The translations under genes and the position numbers were made by a program. From Eledone cirrhosa (lineage: Eukaryota), in contig OZ024742.1 in NCBI GenBank assembly GCA_964016885.1, positions 277,822,001 through 277,886,000 of the forward strand: DNA of 64,000 nt, in the 5' to 3' direction. Of this stretch, positions 28,201 through 41,805 are shown piece after piece. The notes under the pieces are model-generated. The model was given only the letters and a program-made list of their open reading frames with translations, was not told the origin of the DNA and searched no databases. Position 1 is the stretch's first letter; each line of letters starts with the position of its first letter.

Positions 28201-30210
28201 TCGGGAACCTGGTGGGAAAAGCGCAGACATGCGCAATCCCGTCCAGGTCCATACACGACAACCTCCACCTCGTGCGATACATCGTAGAGAGGGTAGGGAA
28301 CGAACCCGGCTTTGGTGGGGCCCTGATCAACTTGGATCAATCTAAGGCGTTCGATAGGGTTGACCATCGGTAGCTGGATGCGGTGCTCGCAGCGGCAGGC
28401 TTTGGACCCGTTTTCAGGGGCTGGATTGCTGCAATGCACAGCAGCAACACCTGCTCGAGGGTCAAGGTGAACGGCTACCTCTCGGAGCCGTTCCAAATCG
28501 CGCGATCCATCAGACAGGGATGCCCTCTCTCCTCCCTTCCTTCTGTATGTGCTGGCTCTCAAGCCACTACTGCGGAAGTTGGAGCTGTTGCAGGGAATCC
28601 CTTTGGAACCAGGATTTCGGAAAGCGGTGTCAGACTAAGCCGATGACGTGACAGTAATGGTGTCATGCGCCTCGGAAATCGAGCAGGTCGGCACCTTACT
28701 GGAGGAATACGAAAGGTTTACAGGAGCCAAGCTGAACCGGGACAAGTCCGTCGGTTTGCAACTCGGAACGCGGAAAGGAAAACCGATTCCCTCCGACGGC
28801 GTCGTCGGACACTGGACGGAGGGACCGGTGAAGCTGCTCGGAGTCTGGTTCGGACCGGACCTCCAGGTGGAGAAGAACTGGGATGAGGTAACGGACAGAG
28901 TGTTTGCACTCACCCAGAAGTGGGCCGAGTGCAAACTATCCCTGAAAGGTCAAGCGGACGTGGCGAATACTTATATAGCGTCCGTCATCTACTACCGCTT
29001 GACCGTCGTGCCTTGCCCAGCGAAAACGCTCGCCAAAATGGAGCGCGCGCTCTTCCGATTCCTTTGGAAGTAGCGGGCCCCTCTGGTGAGGAGTTCCATC
29101 TGCTATCGAACCCTTCGAACGGAGGGCTGGGGATGCGTAGATACGCATTAAGGCTACGGCACCTCCAGGTATTCCTCACCGGTAGAGCCGGTGTGGGCCC
29201 CTTTGGTGAGGCGAGCCTTTCCGAGACTCGTCTCACTCACCGAGCTGCAATCCTGGGTCAAGCAAAGACCGAGAAAAGTGGGCGACTGGCACATTGAATG
29301 TGCCCAGGTGCTCACGGCCCTCTGGAAAGCGGATCCGGCAATCAGTGGAGACTCAACCTCAACATTCTATAGAGGGTTGGTGCGCAGCAAGTGCGACGAC
29401 GCTCTCGGAGAGGCTCTGGGCATGGAGGAAAACGAGCTAGCCAGTCTGTTCGGAAGGACGTTTGGCCCGGGACCGATGGACAACTTCCAAAATTCCCTGG
29501 CTTGGCAGTGCTACCGAGGAGCTCTACCCGTTCGGGACAAGCTCTACAGACACGGGCGCCAGGGTAGGGACCCTTCGAAGAAGATCTGTCAGAGATGCGT
29601 GTGTGACGAGGAAACAGTCGCGCACGCATTCCCACACTGCCCGGGCGTTGCTGACATGTGGGGCTGTGTGGAACGACTACTGTCGTGGGTGGGACCAATC
29701 CGGTTGACCACCGAGTACATTGTCACGATGAAACCGCCTCCCCCCTTCAAAAACGAAGGAGAGGCTGTTTTCCTCTGTGTGATAGCTATGTCGAAAGAGG
29801 TTGTATGCTGGACGACGTTGAAAGGGCTGAGGTCAGACACCTTTCTCTCCGGCCAACAACTGGTCCTTTTTTTCAAGTATCATTTTAGAAGAAGGATCAG
29901 AATGGAGGGTCAGGTGCTCTACCCCAGCAAGTTTTATGAAAGGTGGGTGAAAGTGGCGAGAATGGCCCGAGTGAATGGGTCTTCTCTCTATATCAGCCTG
30001 TAGGTGAGAGAGGAGAAGGGACACTCGCTTTTTGTGCTCCTGAGGAGGAGGGTTGCGACCCACCCCAACGCCCCCTCCCTATTGAGGACTTCGATTGTTG
30101 AATTTGATTTGTTATATATTTTTACACGTCCCTTGAAATGTATGTAAACTCCCCTCTTGTATTTTTCCCAATCTTTGATGCCCTGGTGGCAAATAAATAG
30201 AAAGTTATAA
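25246..30210 (+). mobile_element. Tx1-like LINE copy B: 5'UTR + ORF1 + ORF2 with most of the APE domain deleted, degenerate
   Basis: ORF1 pieces 25450-27110 (N-rich, SFA, CYHCSRSGDLRASC); abrupt join to late APE (WTWTN..SRLYLDRF..SDH..YWKLN); RT KSPGLDG, DQSKAFDRVDH; CQRC..HC; followed by (ATCT)n. Confidence 0.92.
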
Positions 30211-30269
30211 ATCTATCTATCTATCTATCTGTCTATCTATTATTTATCTAGCTATCTATCTCTCATTAT

Positions 30270-30453
30270 ATGGATTGGCAGTATAGGTAGAAGGTCGGAC
30301 GTCATGCTTTGACGCATAGAGTTACGGCCCTTGCCATTCTGTGTTCAAATCCCACCGAGGTTAAATTTGCCTTTCATCCTTACGGGGTCGATAAAATAAA
30401 GTACCAGTAATGTACTGGTTAATTGCTGGCCTTGTGCCAAAAGTAGAAACAAT
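30270..30453 (+). mobile_element. SINE (main family)
   Basis: Same head, core and tail as 12235-12426. Confidence 0.8.
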
Positions 30454-30472
30454 TATATATATATATATATAT

Positions 30473-33400
30473 CATCATCATCATCATCGTTTAACGTCTA
30501 TCTTCCACGTTAGCATGGGTTTAGACGGGAATTGTCCCACTAGAGGCAAGATTGGCTGTTTTGCTCGTATAGGACTGTATGGCAGGTTTTCTACGGCTGG
30601 ATACCTTTCCTAACACCAACCACGTTTACAGTGTTGACTGGGAGGTTTTTACCGTGTTACCTACACGGCCATATTACGGCGTGGACGGTGTGTTTTTTTG
30701 TCGTGACACCTACACGACCTCATTCATTTAGGACTGGATGTTGTGGTACCAACATAACTTTACAGAGAAAGGGGTGGTGTAGATGGGGGTGGGGTAGGGG
30801 TAGAGGGATGGGGGTGAATTTTTGGTTACGAGGTGCCTACTGACTGTAGGTTTCGCTTTGTACTTAGACAAGGTGAGTCTTCTGTATTACTGCGTAGCGC
30901 CAAAGATCTCGGTCCAGTGACATTGTCTTGGAGAGGTGTAAGTGTGTAAGGTCGGAATTTATCAAATCGTCCCAGGTTTTTCTGGGTCTGCCTACTCCGT
31001 AGCTTCCACCAATTTTGATCGCCCTGCACTTTTTTATACAGCTGTCGTCTTTCATGCGCATCATGTGACCATACCAACGTAGTCTTCTCTCGAGTAAACA
31101 TCACCTGATCCCTCTTATTCCTAATTTCTCACTTAGTTCATTTATGCTTTGCCGTTTGCGTATATTACTATTACACATCCAATGGAGCATGGAAGCTTCG
31201 TTCCTCTCCAGTCTGTGAAGATCCTCTGCACACAATGCCCATGTATCACTGCTATGTAACATTGCTGTTCGTGTGCAGGCATCATACAGTCTGCCTTTCA
31301 TTTTTAGAGAGAAACCTTTAGCGACTAATAGTAGTATAAGCTCTCTGAACTTTTTCTATCCCGTTCTGGCTCTGGCTACTGTACTTTCAGAGCACCCTCC
31401 ACCACTGCTGATTTTGTCACCCAGGTAACGGAAGGTCTCCACTATTTCTATAGAACCATCTGGGCTATGGAAGGAGCTAGTATCCTGTGGGCACTTGCTA
31501 CTACTTATTGCACCTGAGCACCGGCCACATATAAAATCTATGTTCTTAGTTAGCTTACCTGTGATCCCACTACATATTTTATGCACCCATACTTTGCATT
31601 TGGGACATAAAATGGAATTTCTGCCTACTCCTTTCCTACACACTGAGCATGGCCATTTCCCAGTGCCCTATTTTCCTTCCTACATACTAGAACTTCAGTC
31701 TTAGACTAGCTAATTTTAAGGCCTTTTGATTCTAGGCCATGCTTCCATATTTGGAATTTCTTCTCTAGTTCAGCCATTGATTCAGCTATGAGCGTTAGAT
31801 CACCTGCATATAGAAGTTCCCATGGGCAGCCGGTCTTGAACTCCTCTGTTATAGCCTGAAGGGCAATAATAAATAGGAGGGGGCTAAGGACAGAGCCCTA
31901 ATGAACACCAACTTTTACGCTAAATTCTTCACTATATTCGTTGTTAATTCTAACCTTGCTGACTATTTCTTTATACATGACTTGTAGAGCTCTCACAAGC
32001 CATTCATCAACACCTAGTTTTCTAAGAGCCCACCAGATAATGGAGCGGGGGACTCTTTCAAAGGCTTTCTCCAAGTCAACAAAAGCTAAGTATAGGGGTT
32101 TACTTTTAGCTATGTACTTCTGTAGTTGTACAAGGAAAAGAGCGTCTGTGGTACCTTTTACCTGACACAAACCCAAACTGCATTTCATCTAGATCAATTC
32201 GCACTCTGATTAGTTGCGCTATAACTCTTTCTGTGACCTTCATGACCTGGTCAATTAATTTAATGCCTCTATAGTTTCCCCTATCTAGGGCATCTCCTTT
32301 ACCCTTGTAGCAGTTAATGATGATGTTGCTACGCCAGTGATTTGGTATGACCCCATTCTGTATGACTTGGCTTACTATCCGGGTGACCATAGTGTGTCCC
32401 ACCGATCCAGATGCTTTCAGCATTTCAGCAACTATCTTCGAAGGCCCAGCTGCTTTGCCTGACTTCATGTCTTTGATTGCCTTACTTATTATACTACCTT
32501 CAACTTGCACTGCTGGTCCCTCTATTGGATCGATTTGGGGCAGACTATCTTTTTCCGACTTATTCACCTCATTTAGTAGCCTCTCGTAGTGACACTTCCA
32601 AGCTACCTTCTTATCAGTATCAGTGATGGCAAGTATACCATCATCATTACGGACACACTTTTCCCCGACAATATCACGGTTTTCCTTGACACATTGTCTA
32701 GCAATCCTGAACACCTCACATTTTTGGTCCTCGCGTTGTAGAACATGCTTGAACTTTCTTTCCTCTGCTTACCTTCTTGCAAAGTACACTTGTATCCTAG
32801 CTTCCCTCCTGGCCACTTGATAGTGTTCTCTACTTCCCCCATCCCACCATACTTTCCAAGCTTGCTTTTTGGCCTTAATTAACTCCTCCACCTTACTGTT
32901 CCACCACCATGTTACTCTCTTCCTGCCTATAGGTCTGTTCCAGCCACAGATTTCATCTGTCGCTCGCCTTAAGCAGGTTAACTTACAGGAATTCCCACTG
33001 TTCCTCTATACTGTACGTCTCTAATTGCTCTTCCTTACTGTCAAAAGCATCAAGTAATATGCTTTTAAATTTGTTACTGGTTGTGGGGTCCTTTAACTTC
33101 CATATTATTCTTCTCAGGGTAGTCCTCCTCTGTTGTCGAGTACGTCTCGTACTGACTATGGGGTCACTAACTATAAGTCTATGTTGGGAGGTGCATTCTT
33201 CACGGGGAGGGATTTAGTGTTTACAACAGACTTTGTCTCGTCTTCTGGTAAGGATATAATCTATCTGACTGGTGTGTTCCCCTGATCTATAGGTGATCAA
33301 GTGATTGTCTCGTTTTTTGAAGTTTGTGTTACAGATAGTTAGGTTATTAGCGTCACAGAATTCCAGGATTCTGAAGCCTTCCTCATTTCTGGTACCAAAC

Positions 33401-33965
33401 CCGTAGCCTCCATGGATTCCGTCATAGCCGTCAGTGTTGTCCAACGTGACCATTTAGGTCGCCAGCAATAATTATGCAGTCACTGTCAGTTATTTGGGAG
33501 ATAGTGAGCATTAGCGACTCATAGAATCTGTCTTTTATAACGCCAGGTAGGCCAGATTGGGGTGCATAAGCGGATATTATTGTCACAGTAGTTCTATTTA
33601 GGACTAGTCTTATTTTGATTATTCTGTCGTTCACTCTATTTACGACAATTACCTTATCTACCCATTTTTCTGCTAATATAATTCCTACTACACCCAGCCC
33701 ATTTACATTTCCCACCCAGAAAAGTTTATAGCATCGTTTTTTACCCACAATGAATCTAGCAGACCCTCCACCTAGTCTGTTGGACGCAACAAGCATCAAC
33801 TTCCTTACGTTCAAGCATTTCTACAACCTCATTAGAGCGACCTTTTAAAGTGTCTACATTCATGGTACCAACTCTGAAGTTTTGGATTTCGTTTGGTGGG
33901 TGGAAGGGATGGGTTGGTGGTGCAGACAGGGGTGAGGGAGATGGGTTATGTTAGCCATCCGCGTC
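30473..33965 (-). mobile_element. RTE-clade LINE, near full-length APE + RT, degenerate
   Basis: Minus strand: RVGTMNV..DACCVQ, AYAPQ, GDLNGHVG, SQIDYIL, NYRGIKL, FVDLEKAF, PWELLYAGD (decayed YADD), FRYLG, GRPRKTW; 3' tail GACGTTAAAC(GAT)n. The 5'UTR may extend to the (TA)n at ~34304. Confidence 0.9.
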
Positions 33966-34300
33966 TGAAATAAAGAGGAATCGTTACATTTTCGTCCGGC
34001 AACATGAGTGAATTTCTCTTTATCTTTGACATTGTCATTTGAGTGTCCAGATTCTTCATACTCTCCAGAATTCTATAGTTCATCTAGCATATCAAAGGCA
34101 ACCAGGTTTAGACTTAAGGAGTGATAGCCGAAGCGGTGGTTTTGTGAAAGAGATTGGTAAGAGAAACATATAAGCCGCTGAATTATGATTGGACCATATA
34201 ATAATGGTGGCGAGTGGGTCTGGGGGAGGGATATAGGGAAGTTAACGAGAAGGTTATTAAACGAACGTATAACAATAATCAGAGTTTAAATACGAGAAGA

Positions 34301-34343
<43 letters not shown>

Positions 34344-35679
34344 GAGAGAGAGAAAGATGTATATATATATTTATAGAGAGAGAGAGGAGAGAGAGAGATA
34401 TTGTTTATTGTAAATATTACCCAACTCCCTAACTTTTAAAGTTGGCAAACGTAATTATTCCTTAATTCCTTCCAGATTCATCAACAAATCTTTTTATTTT
34501 TACTTTAGCTTAAATGGAGATATCTGATTGGATAATTGAACTAAACATATAGAACGGATTTCCTCTTATAGCCTCACGGTGGTTTCTTTTTTTCAATCCT
34601 TGGGTGAATTTCCTTGATAGTGTTATTAATTAAAGTTCTATAGAATGCAGTACAACTTCATTAGAACTTATTGAGCTTTAAGATAAATAAACAGAAGATT
34701 ACATTCGACCACAAAACAGGTATAAAATGAATAAAAAAATGTCTCGAACATAGAGGAAATTTCTAGAAGTACTATGGCAAATATTGTGTGACAATGAAAA
34801 CCAAAGACAAGTGTGTTTCTGTAGAGAGTTTATTATGAAATAATAATAAAACAGTATAAAAACGATCACAAATTTTTGGTAGTCAGAAAACGTCATATGT
34901 CGTATTTCCCGCCAAAGTCACGATCTCGCCATAGAAATTAAATTAGTTCGTTGCTTATTTGTTTGTTTGGAGTCTGTTGGAATAATTTTGGAATTAATTT
35001 TATTGTTTTCAATTAAATTTCTTGACGGAGACTTTGAATAATGGAATTGAATATTTTTCGATAACAATCTAATTTGTCTTTAGGTTTATTGATAAAGCAA
35101 AAGATGAATCTGATTTTAAAAAAAAATTCTGATTTTTCCTTTGTGTAGCCGTAGGTAAATTATTAAAAATAAAGAAAATGAACAAAAGAGATACAAATAG
35201 CATAATGCCTTTATAAACAATGATTAATATTTTCCAAGATAATAATAATGGGAACAATTCCAATATCATTTTCCTTTGCCAACTTTTGCAAGCGCGCGAA
35301 TCTGCATCTCGTCTTATCTGATCTCATCTGATATATACGCTCGGATGATAGTAGCAGTATTTGATATATTTGATATTCAGAAAACTTTGTTCAAATGTAA
35401 TCGTTTAATCATTTCGTTTAACAACACTCTCCCACTTACTTTCTCTCTCTCACTTACTCTCTATCCCTCTCCCCCTCTCGCTCTCACACACACTCTCTCA
35501 TACTCTGACTAACTCTCTCTCTCTTTCCTGAAGATATTAAGATATTTTGGCAAAGTCGTAGATTAAAATTGCGCGCCTCACTGGTGACATTGTTCTGATC
35601 GGCTGACTTCTAATGCAGTTTTAGTTTCATTTATGTGTATGCATATATATGTGTGTACATACATACATAAACCCATATG

Positions 35680-35744
<65 letters not shown>

Positions 35745-35776
35745 CCATAAATATCTCTCTCTTTATATATATACAC

Positions 35777-35810
<34 letters not shown>

Positions 35811-35878
35811 GTGGTGCCTCCGCATAGGCGCAGTCTACTGCAATAGAATAATAGAATAAGAGGATAGATGTATATACA

Positions 35879-35980
<102 letters not shown>

Positions 35981-36020
35981 TTCCTGATGATTTCTAAAGA
36001 ATGAAACAGTTCTAGTCCTG
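35981..36020 (+). ncRNA. Decayed hammerhead-like motif
   Basis: CTGATGA-tttctaaagaat-GAAAC-agttcta; core spacing is right but stems are mismatched. Confidence 0.3.
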
Positions 36021-36040
36021 TAGAATCTCATCTATATTAA

Positions 36041-36087
<47 letters not shown>

Positions 36088-36609
36088 TATGTACATACAC
36101 TGATACATATATACACCATTCTCCTGCTGGTAAACTTAAACGTATTGTTTCTTAAAATACATTCTAATTTTTCTATTAGATTTAAAAGCATGGAATAAGT
36201 TAAGCGTGTAACGTCATTCATGCCTTTCTCAATTGTATCGAACTGAGGCAATTTAGAATAATATACTCTGATAAATATCGCAAATATCGAAAAAAACAAT
36301 TAACGCTTTCGGTATATTTGATACCGTGACCTATGAGTAAGTAAACCAATACTTTAGTCACCATCTTATCTCACACATAATTCGAAATAGTCTACGAGCC
36401 GACAAGGGGCATCCTTGTTATCAAGAGATTAGTTAGAAATAGCAGCCAATTCCCTTAAATTAGAATACTACCGCTTTAAAAATCGACACAATGGATAATG
36501 AAGTCAAATATTCATTGCTTTAAAGCTGGTGTATATTTCGTGTAGAACGGTCAATAACGCTGGGAAGAAGTGGATGGTAAGTGTGTGTGTGTATATGTGT
36601 GTGTGTTGT

Positions 36610-36677
<68 letters not shown>

Positions 36678-36777
36678 GAGAAAGAGAGTGAAGGTGGTGA
36701 TTTTGTAATCTCACGTTGTAATAAGTCTTTATGAAAGAATCTGAACGAGTGCTTTTTAAAACCAAGGATGTTTATAT

Positions 36778-36834
<57 letters not shown>

Positions 36835-36835
36835 A

Positions 36836-37012
36836 TATCTATATATCTAAAACAGAGAATGTCTTTCTGGCTGTCTGTCTGTCCGATCACTAAAACTCGA
36901 GAACCACCCAACCGATTGTTTGCAAACTTTACACATGTAATGCTTATGGTCCTGTGAGTGTTTTGAGCAAAAGCAATTTCAAATTTTCAATGCTCTAGGG
37001 ACCGCATTAGGC

Positions 37013-37077
<65 letters not shown>

Positions 37078-37270
37078 TCTCTCTCTCTCTTAGTCTTTCT
37101 CTTTTTAGATAGATATATAGATATAACGTCTAATAGCACTTTTTTATTTATTTATTTGGGACCTAAGCAACACGAAAAAAGTGATTACAAGCCAAGAACA
37201 GAGAAACATTTTTTTTTGTTACACGGTGTAATTACCTTACTCGAGTGGCATCGGTAAGGTATTATTAGCC
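36836..37270 (+). mobile_element. Non-autonomous Helitron-like element, degenerate
   Basis: 5' TCTATATATCTAAAA...(CTGT)n...CAACCGAT...AAACTTTACAC organisation typical of such elements; 3' end poorly conserved. Confidence 0.45.
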
Positions 37271-37290
37271 ATTAAAAAGAAACACACACA

Positions 37291-37325
<35 letters not shown>

Positions 37326-37330
<5 letters not shown>

Positions 37331-38560
37331 TAAAATGTTTCTTCCCATATGGATTAGGACAATGGGATTGATGAGTTAATATCTGTATACAACAACTACA
37401 GCGGTACGCGATGGGGCCCACCCACAGCCCCGGCGGACAGAATGGAGAAGGCCTTTCCCCGGAGGACGGCAAGGGAGACGCGCTGGAAAAGCCACTCCAA
37501 CTCGCGGGGCTCACACCTGCGGCTGGCCAGCTCAGCGCCTATGGTGGTGAGTAAGGAGGTAGCCTTGGGGCCGAGGACACCAGAGATCTCCAATGCCAGG
37601 GGTACGACCGCAAACCTGTCGGAGAGCGACCGGTATTTGAGGAGTTTATCCCCCTCAGCCGGACGTGCAGCAGAACCTGGGTCAGTCGCAGACTGCACCA
37701 GGTTGCGGCTGCAGAAAGTGTCGGTGCAAGTGGCATCCCAGACGAGGGGTTTGCCACCGCGGAACGGGAAGATGGTCATGTCATCTGGCCTTTTACCGTC
37801 CCCTCGATCCAGCCCCACCGACTCGAGCTGGGAAGGGAAGCCTGCAGCATCCAAGCCCTGCTTAATGACTTCGTTGAGGGCAGTATGGCGTGGAATGCGG
37901 CCGGCACTGTGGCGACATGAAAGCGGGTGGAGGCCGAAAGAGTCGACGGTGGAACCGCAGCGACATTGGTGTGGTTGGCAGATCCGGAGGCTGAGCCTCA
38001 GGGAAACGCCAATTCGCAGGCTATGGATGTCTAGCTGCGTGCCAGTGGAGAAGGAGGGCAGGTCATGGATCCAGGCACCACTGTGGGGTTTGGAGGCCGC
38101 ACGAAAACAAAGCAAGGCGGTGCTGGTCGAGCTGGCGCGTGAGCCTGTCTGAGGCCAGGCTACACTGGATGGCATCCCAATTGCGTTCGGGGACTTGACG
38201 TCAACAGGAGGAGGAGGAGGGACGTCTACTGGGCTAAGTCCCAGCCGGTCCCACGTCTCACAGGCGGCCTCATGTTCTCTGAACACAGAGGGTTCTGTTG
38301 TGTTTTGAAGAACCCCGCTGATGAGGATGCCGCACGAGGTTACCGACGAAAGATACGCCGGCAAAGCTAGTAAGATCGGGGACCGGAGGCCAAGGCCGCC
38401 ATTCCTGACAGGTAAAGTGGCCTGTTGCCACCCTATGCCGTCAAACTTCACGTTGCATACCCCCTCGGCTGGTGCTCGGATACAAGTATCGAGGTCAGCG
38501 AGGAGAGATGTCTGGGTGTAGCACGGAGCGCTGCGGAGTGTATAGAGGAGCTTCGGCATA
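37326..38560 (-). mobile_element. CRE-like non-LTR retrotransposon, 5'-truncated (RT thumb + zinc finger + PD-(D/E)xK-type endonuclease)
   Basis: PKLLYTLRSAP, QATLPVRNGGLG, SGAW, CRCG...HPLSC...PRH, KRPD..IFP..GK.LVWDATC, QRVSLAVLRG; short 3'UTR ending in (TA)n. Confidence 0.85.
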
Positions 38561-38720
38561 TAAAACGGAAGATGTCTGTCTGTGTGTGTGTATGATTTTT
38601 ATGCATTTCTACATTTTTCCATCCGATTTCGATGGGTTTTTTCCAATGTGCTCTAAATTTACCAACGATGGTCAACGCGTAATAACTTTTGCCAAACATT
38701 TCCTGCTTCTATGAAAAAAA
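38556..38720 (+). mobile_element. Helitron-like 5' fragment directly adjoining the CRE-like element
   Basis: ATATAAAACGGAAGATGTCTGTCTGTGTGTG...CATCCGATTTCGATG, resembling the start at 36836. Confidence 0.4.
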
Positions 38721-39529
38721 TCGATAAAACTAAATACATGCTGTAAGCCTCTTTCTTACACGCTTATTCACTCTGTCTACTACCATCAACAATCTATGAA
38801 ACTACATACATGTTGCAACACTCTCTCTATGTATATATCACACACATACATATACATCTAAAGAGAGAAAGGGAGATGTAGAGAGAAAGAGTGAGATAGG
38901 TCGTTATACAGAGAGAGGTACAAGATAATCAGATAGATAGATAGATAGATAGATAGAGAATGGCGACGAACGCTGGTTCACACACACACACACACAAACA
39001 CATATATATATAAAGACAGAGAGAGAGAGAGAGAGAGATCTGCGCGTTCTCCGTTCTGTAGAGGAAGAGAGAGAAAGAGGGGGTATGAGTGAGAGAGAGA
39101 GAGAGAAAGAGAGACAGAGAGGGTATGAGAAAAAAAGGAGAGGGGTTGAGAAAGAAAGGGGTTGAGAAAGAGGGGTTGAGAAAGAAAGAAAGTTTCAACA
39201 TTAACGGGATCTTCTGAAACTAAAAAATTCAATCTGTGAACGCAGAATTAAATATTTTGAGAAACGTTGCAACAGGAAACGTTGAAAACAGGAAGACGAC
39301 ATTTTGGTTCGGGAAGACGTTCCCTGGTAATGAACGGAACAAAAGCGAGGATAATACGTCGTTATGTGGACCGGGAAGAATAATTTCATGCAAAGACAAG
39401 ACCAAGTTTATGGTGTAAATAGAGTCGTTAGACTAATATTCTATTTAAAATAACCGAATGATTTCCAGCCCCGGAATTTAAGAATAATGTAAATAAAATT
39501 GTAAACGAAAATGACAGAGGTTATTAAAA

Positions 39530-39640
39530 TAGTTGTTTCTACTTTTGGCACAAGGCCAGCAATTATCCAGTACATTACTGGTACATTATTTTACCGATCC
39601 CGTAAGGATGAAAGCAAAGTTAACCTCGATGGGATTTTAA
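39530..39640 (-). mobile_element. SINE 3' half (main family)
   Basis: Reverse complement of the core and tail. Confidence 0.7.
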
Positions 39641-39759
39641 ATTTGCCTTAAAATAGTAAAAGTAAATAGTGAAGATTTAGGCCAGTACATACGTATGCGC
39701 CGACGGATATACACATACATATACATACGCACACACAAATACATACACACACACACACG

Positions 39760-40367
39760 CACGCGCGCGCGCGCGTGCGTGTGTGTAAACCTTATGCATT
39801 TTTACAGTATTTTCACCAAACTTAAGACATAAGTTACTTATGTACTCCGGATGGTCATAGGCACTTTCATTTTTCCAGATATTGATTATAGGGCCTCCCG
39901 GCAGATAACCCCCTTTAACCACTTCCTTGGAGTCGACTGAAGCACTGCAGTGCAATGCAACAAAACGTCATAGCTTCTGGGGTTCGCAACCGATTTTCAC
40001 AAAACTTGACACATGGGCTACGTTTGTTCTACAGATGAATGTGAACACTCAGAATTGGCACATATTGAGTAGGGGACACCTGGGGGCAGGAACCCCCTTT
40101 TGGAAAAAGCCGATCATTTTGTAAAAGTATAGTTTTCGAAGCAGCACTGAAGTATTGACATAAATGGTATACATAACTGCTATTTAATACCCGAACAACC
40201 GTACCTCTGCTAGTAATTATATATTCGTGTGCAGATATTTTTGCATACACAATAACAAAATATAAACAAACGTATTTATTTCACAAGGCTCGATAAGGAT
40301 AAATATGTATCAAATATATAAAAACCTTAGAGCAAATCCCGAGCAACGCCGGGCCATTCTGCTAGTA
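39760..40367 (+). mobile_element. Helitron-like fragments with 3' termini
   Basis: CCCGAGCAACGCCGGG hairpin followed by CTGCTAG|T at 40338-40366; a second CTGCTAG|T at ~40214; internal CAACCGATTTTCACAAAACTTG. Confidence 0.55.
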
Positions 40368-40666
40368 TTTATATATAAAATTAGGAAAATTAACAAAGAG
40401 AAAACAATGAACGAAAATAGTGCAGAACGAAAGACAAACATTTTTAATGGGGGATCCTGAAAAGCAATTGTTTTTGAAAATATAAACGCAAACAAAAGAC
40501 TCAGAACTTGAAGGACTTTGGCAATTTAGACCTTTACTGTGGGTACTGCTGGTCCACCCGGGTCTCAGCGCCTGACACAAGCCAGAGCGTTGTCAGTGGA
40601 GTAAATAAAATGTCACATTGATGTTTAAGGCTTGATTGTTGTTCTAATTAAACCGTGGTCAGCCAG

Positions 40667-41536
40667 TAATAATAATTGTTTCTACTTTTGGCACAAGGCC
40701 ATCAAATATCCAGTACATTACTGGTACTTTATTTTATCGACCCCGTAAGGATGAAAGGCAAAGTTGACCTCGGCGAGATTTGAACTCAGAATGGAAAGGG
40801 CCGTAACTCTATGCGTCAGAACATGACGTCCGACCCTCTACCGATACTGCCAATTCACAGCCAGTATTAATAATTGTTTCTACTTTTGGCACAAGGCCAG
40901 CAATTATCACAGTGTATTACTGGTACTTTATTTTATCGACCCTGTAAGGATGAAAGGCAAAGTTAACCTCGGCGGCATTTGAACTCAGATCATAAAGGGA
41001 GGTAACCCTATGCTTCAAAGCATGGCGTCCGACCCTCTACCGATACTGCCAATCCATGGTTTCTGATATAGACACAAGGCCAGTAATTTTGGGAGGAAAG
41101 GAAAGTCGATAAATCGACCCTAGTGCGTAACTGGTACTTTATTTTATCGACCCCGTAAGGATGAGAGGCAAAGATAACCTCGGCTTGATTTAAAATCAGA
41201 ACGTAAAGAGCCGTAACTCTATGCCGCGAGCATGTATTTTGACGCTCTTCCAATTCTGCCAATCCAGGTCAAACTTCGAACAACATTCATCATAGATCTG
41301 CTCAATGAAGTTTTGACGTGGGGATAACCCCCCCCCCCCCAAAAAAAAACCATCACAACAAAATAATTGTTTCTACTTTTCGCGCAAGACCAGCAATTAT
41401 CTCAGTGAATCACTGGTACTTTATTTTATCGACTTCGTAAGGATGAAAGGCAAAGTAAACCTCTGCGGGATTTGAACTCAGTTCATAAAGGGCCGTTGCA
41501 AATCATGGCGTCCGACCCTCTACTGATACTGCCAAT
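40667..41536 (-). mobile_element. Cluster of four same-orientation SINEs (~40667-40862, 40866-41057, 41060-41265, 41362-41536)
   Basis: Four repeats of CTGGTACTTTATTTTATCGAC...GGATGAAAGGCAAAG...TGCCAAT. Confidence 0.88.
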
Positions 41537-41730
41537 AAAATAATAACATGTTTCTTGACTGTATTCATTTTATTACATACACTACGCCTACCTAAAAGAC
41601 GTGCATTGAACAATAAAGCTTAGTTGTGAAGACAAATCTTAAACCACACATTCACGACTAAGCACACATCACGTCATGATAAAATAAAGCGAAGTGATCA
41701 TAGGCTGTTCAATTAGAGCTTACCTGTGGC

Positions 41731-41731
<1 letters not shown>

Positions 41732-41762
<31 letters not shown>

Positions 41763-41805
41763 GACGACGACGACGACAGCAACAGCAGCAGCAGCAGCAG
41801 CAGCA
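41732..41805. repeat. Compound (CAA)n(CGA)n(CAG)n trinucleotide tract
   Basis: Direct reading. Confidence 0.9.

Noticed and set aside
33945-33985. Splice-acceptor-like TCCTCTTTATTTCAG just upstream of the putative RTE start ATG (minus strand)
   Set aside because: Single instance with no matching donor seen; cannot be distinguished from chance.
34885-34935. Promoter-like patch with TTTCCCGCC (E2F-like)
   Set aside because: Short motif with no associated exon or ORF.
40667-41536. CRISPR-like repeat/spacer array
   Set aside because: Units are ~190-bp SINEs in a eukaryotic context; no unique spacers or cas genes.
41732-41805. Poly-Gln/Asn coding exon
   Set aside because: Flanked by stops and TA tracts; best explained as a compound microsatellite.
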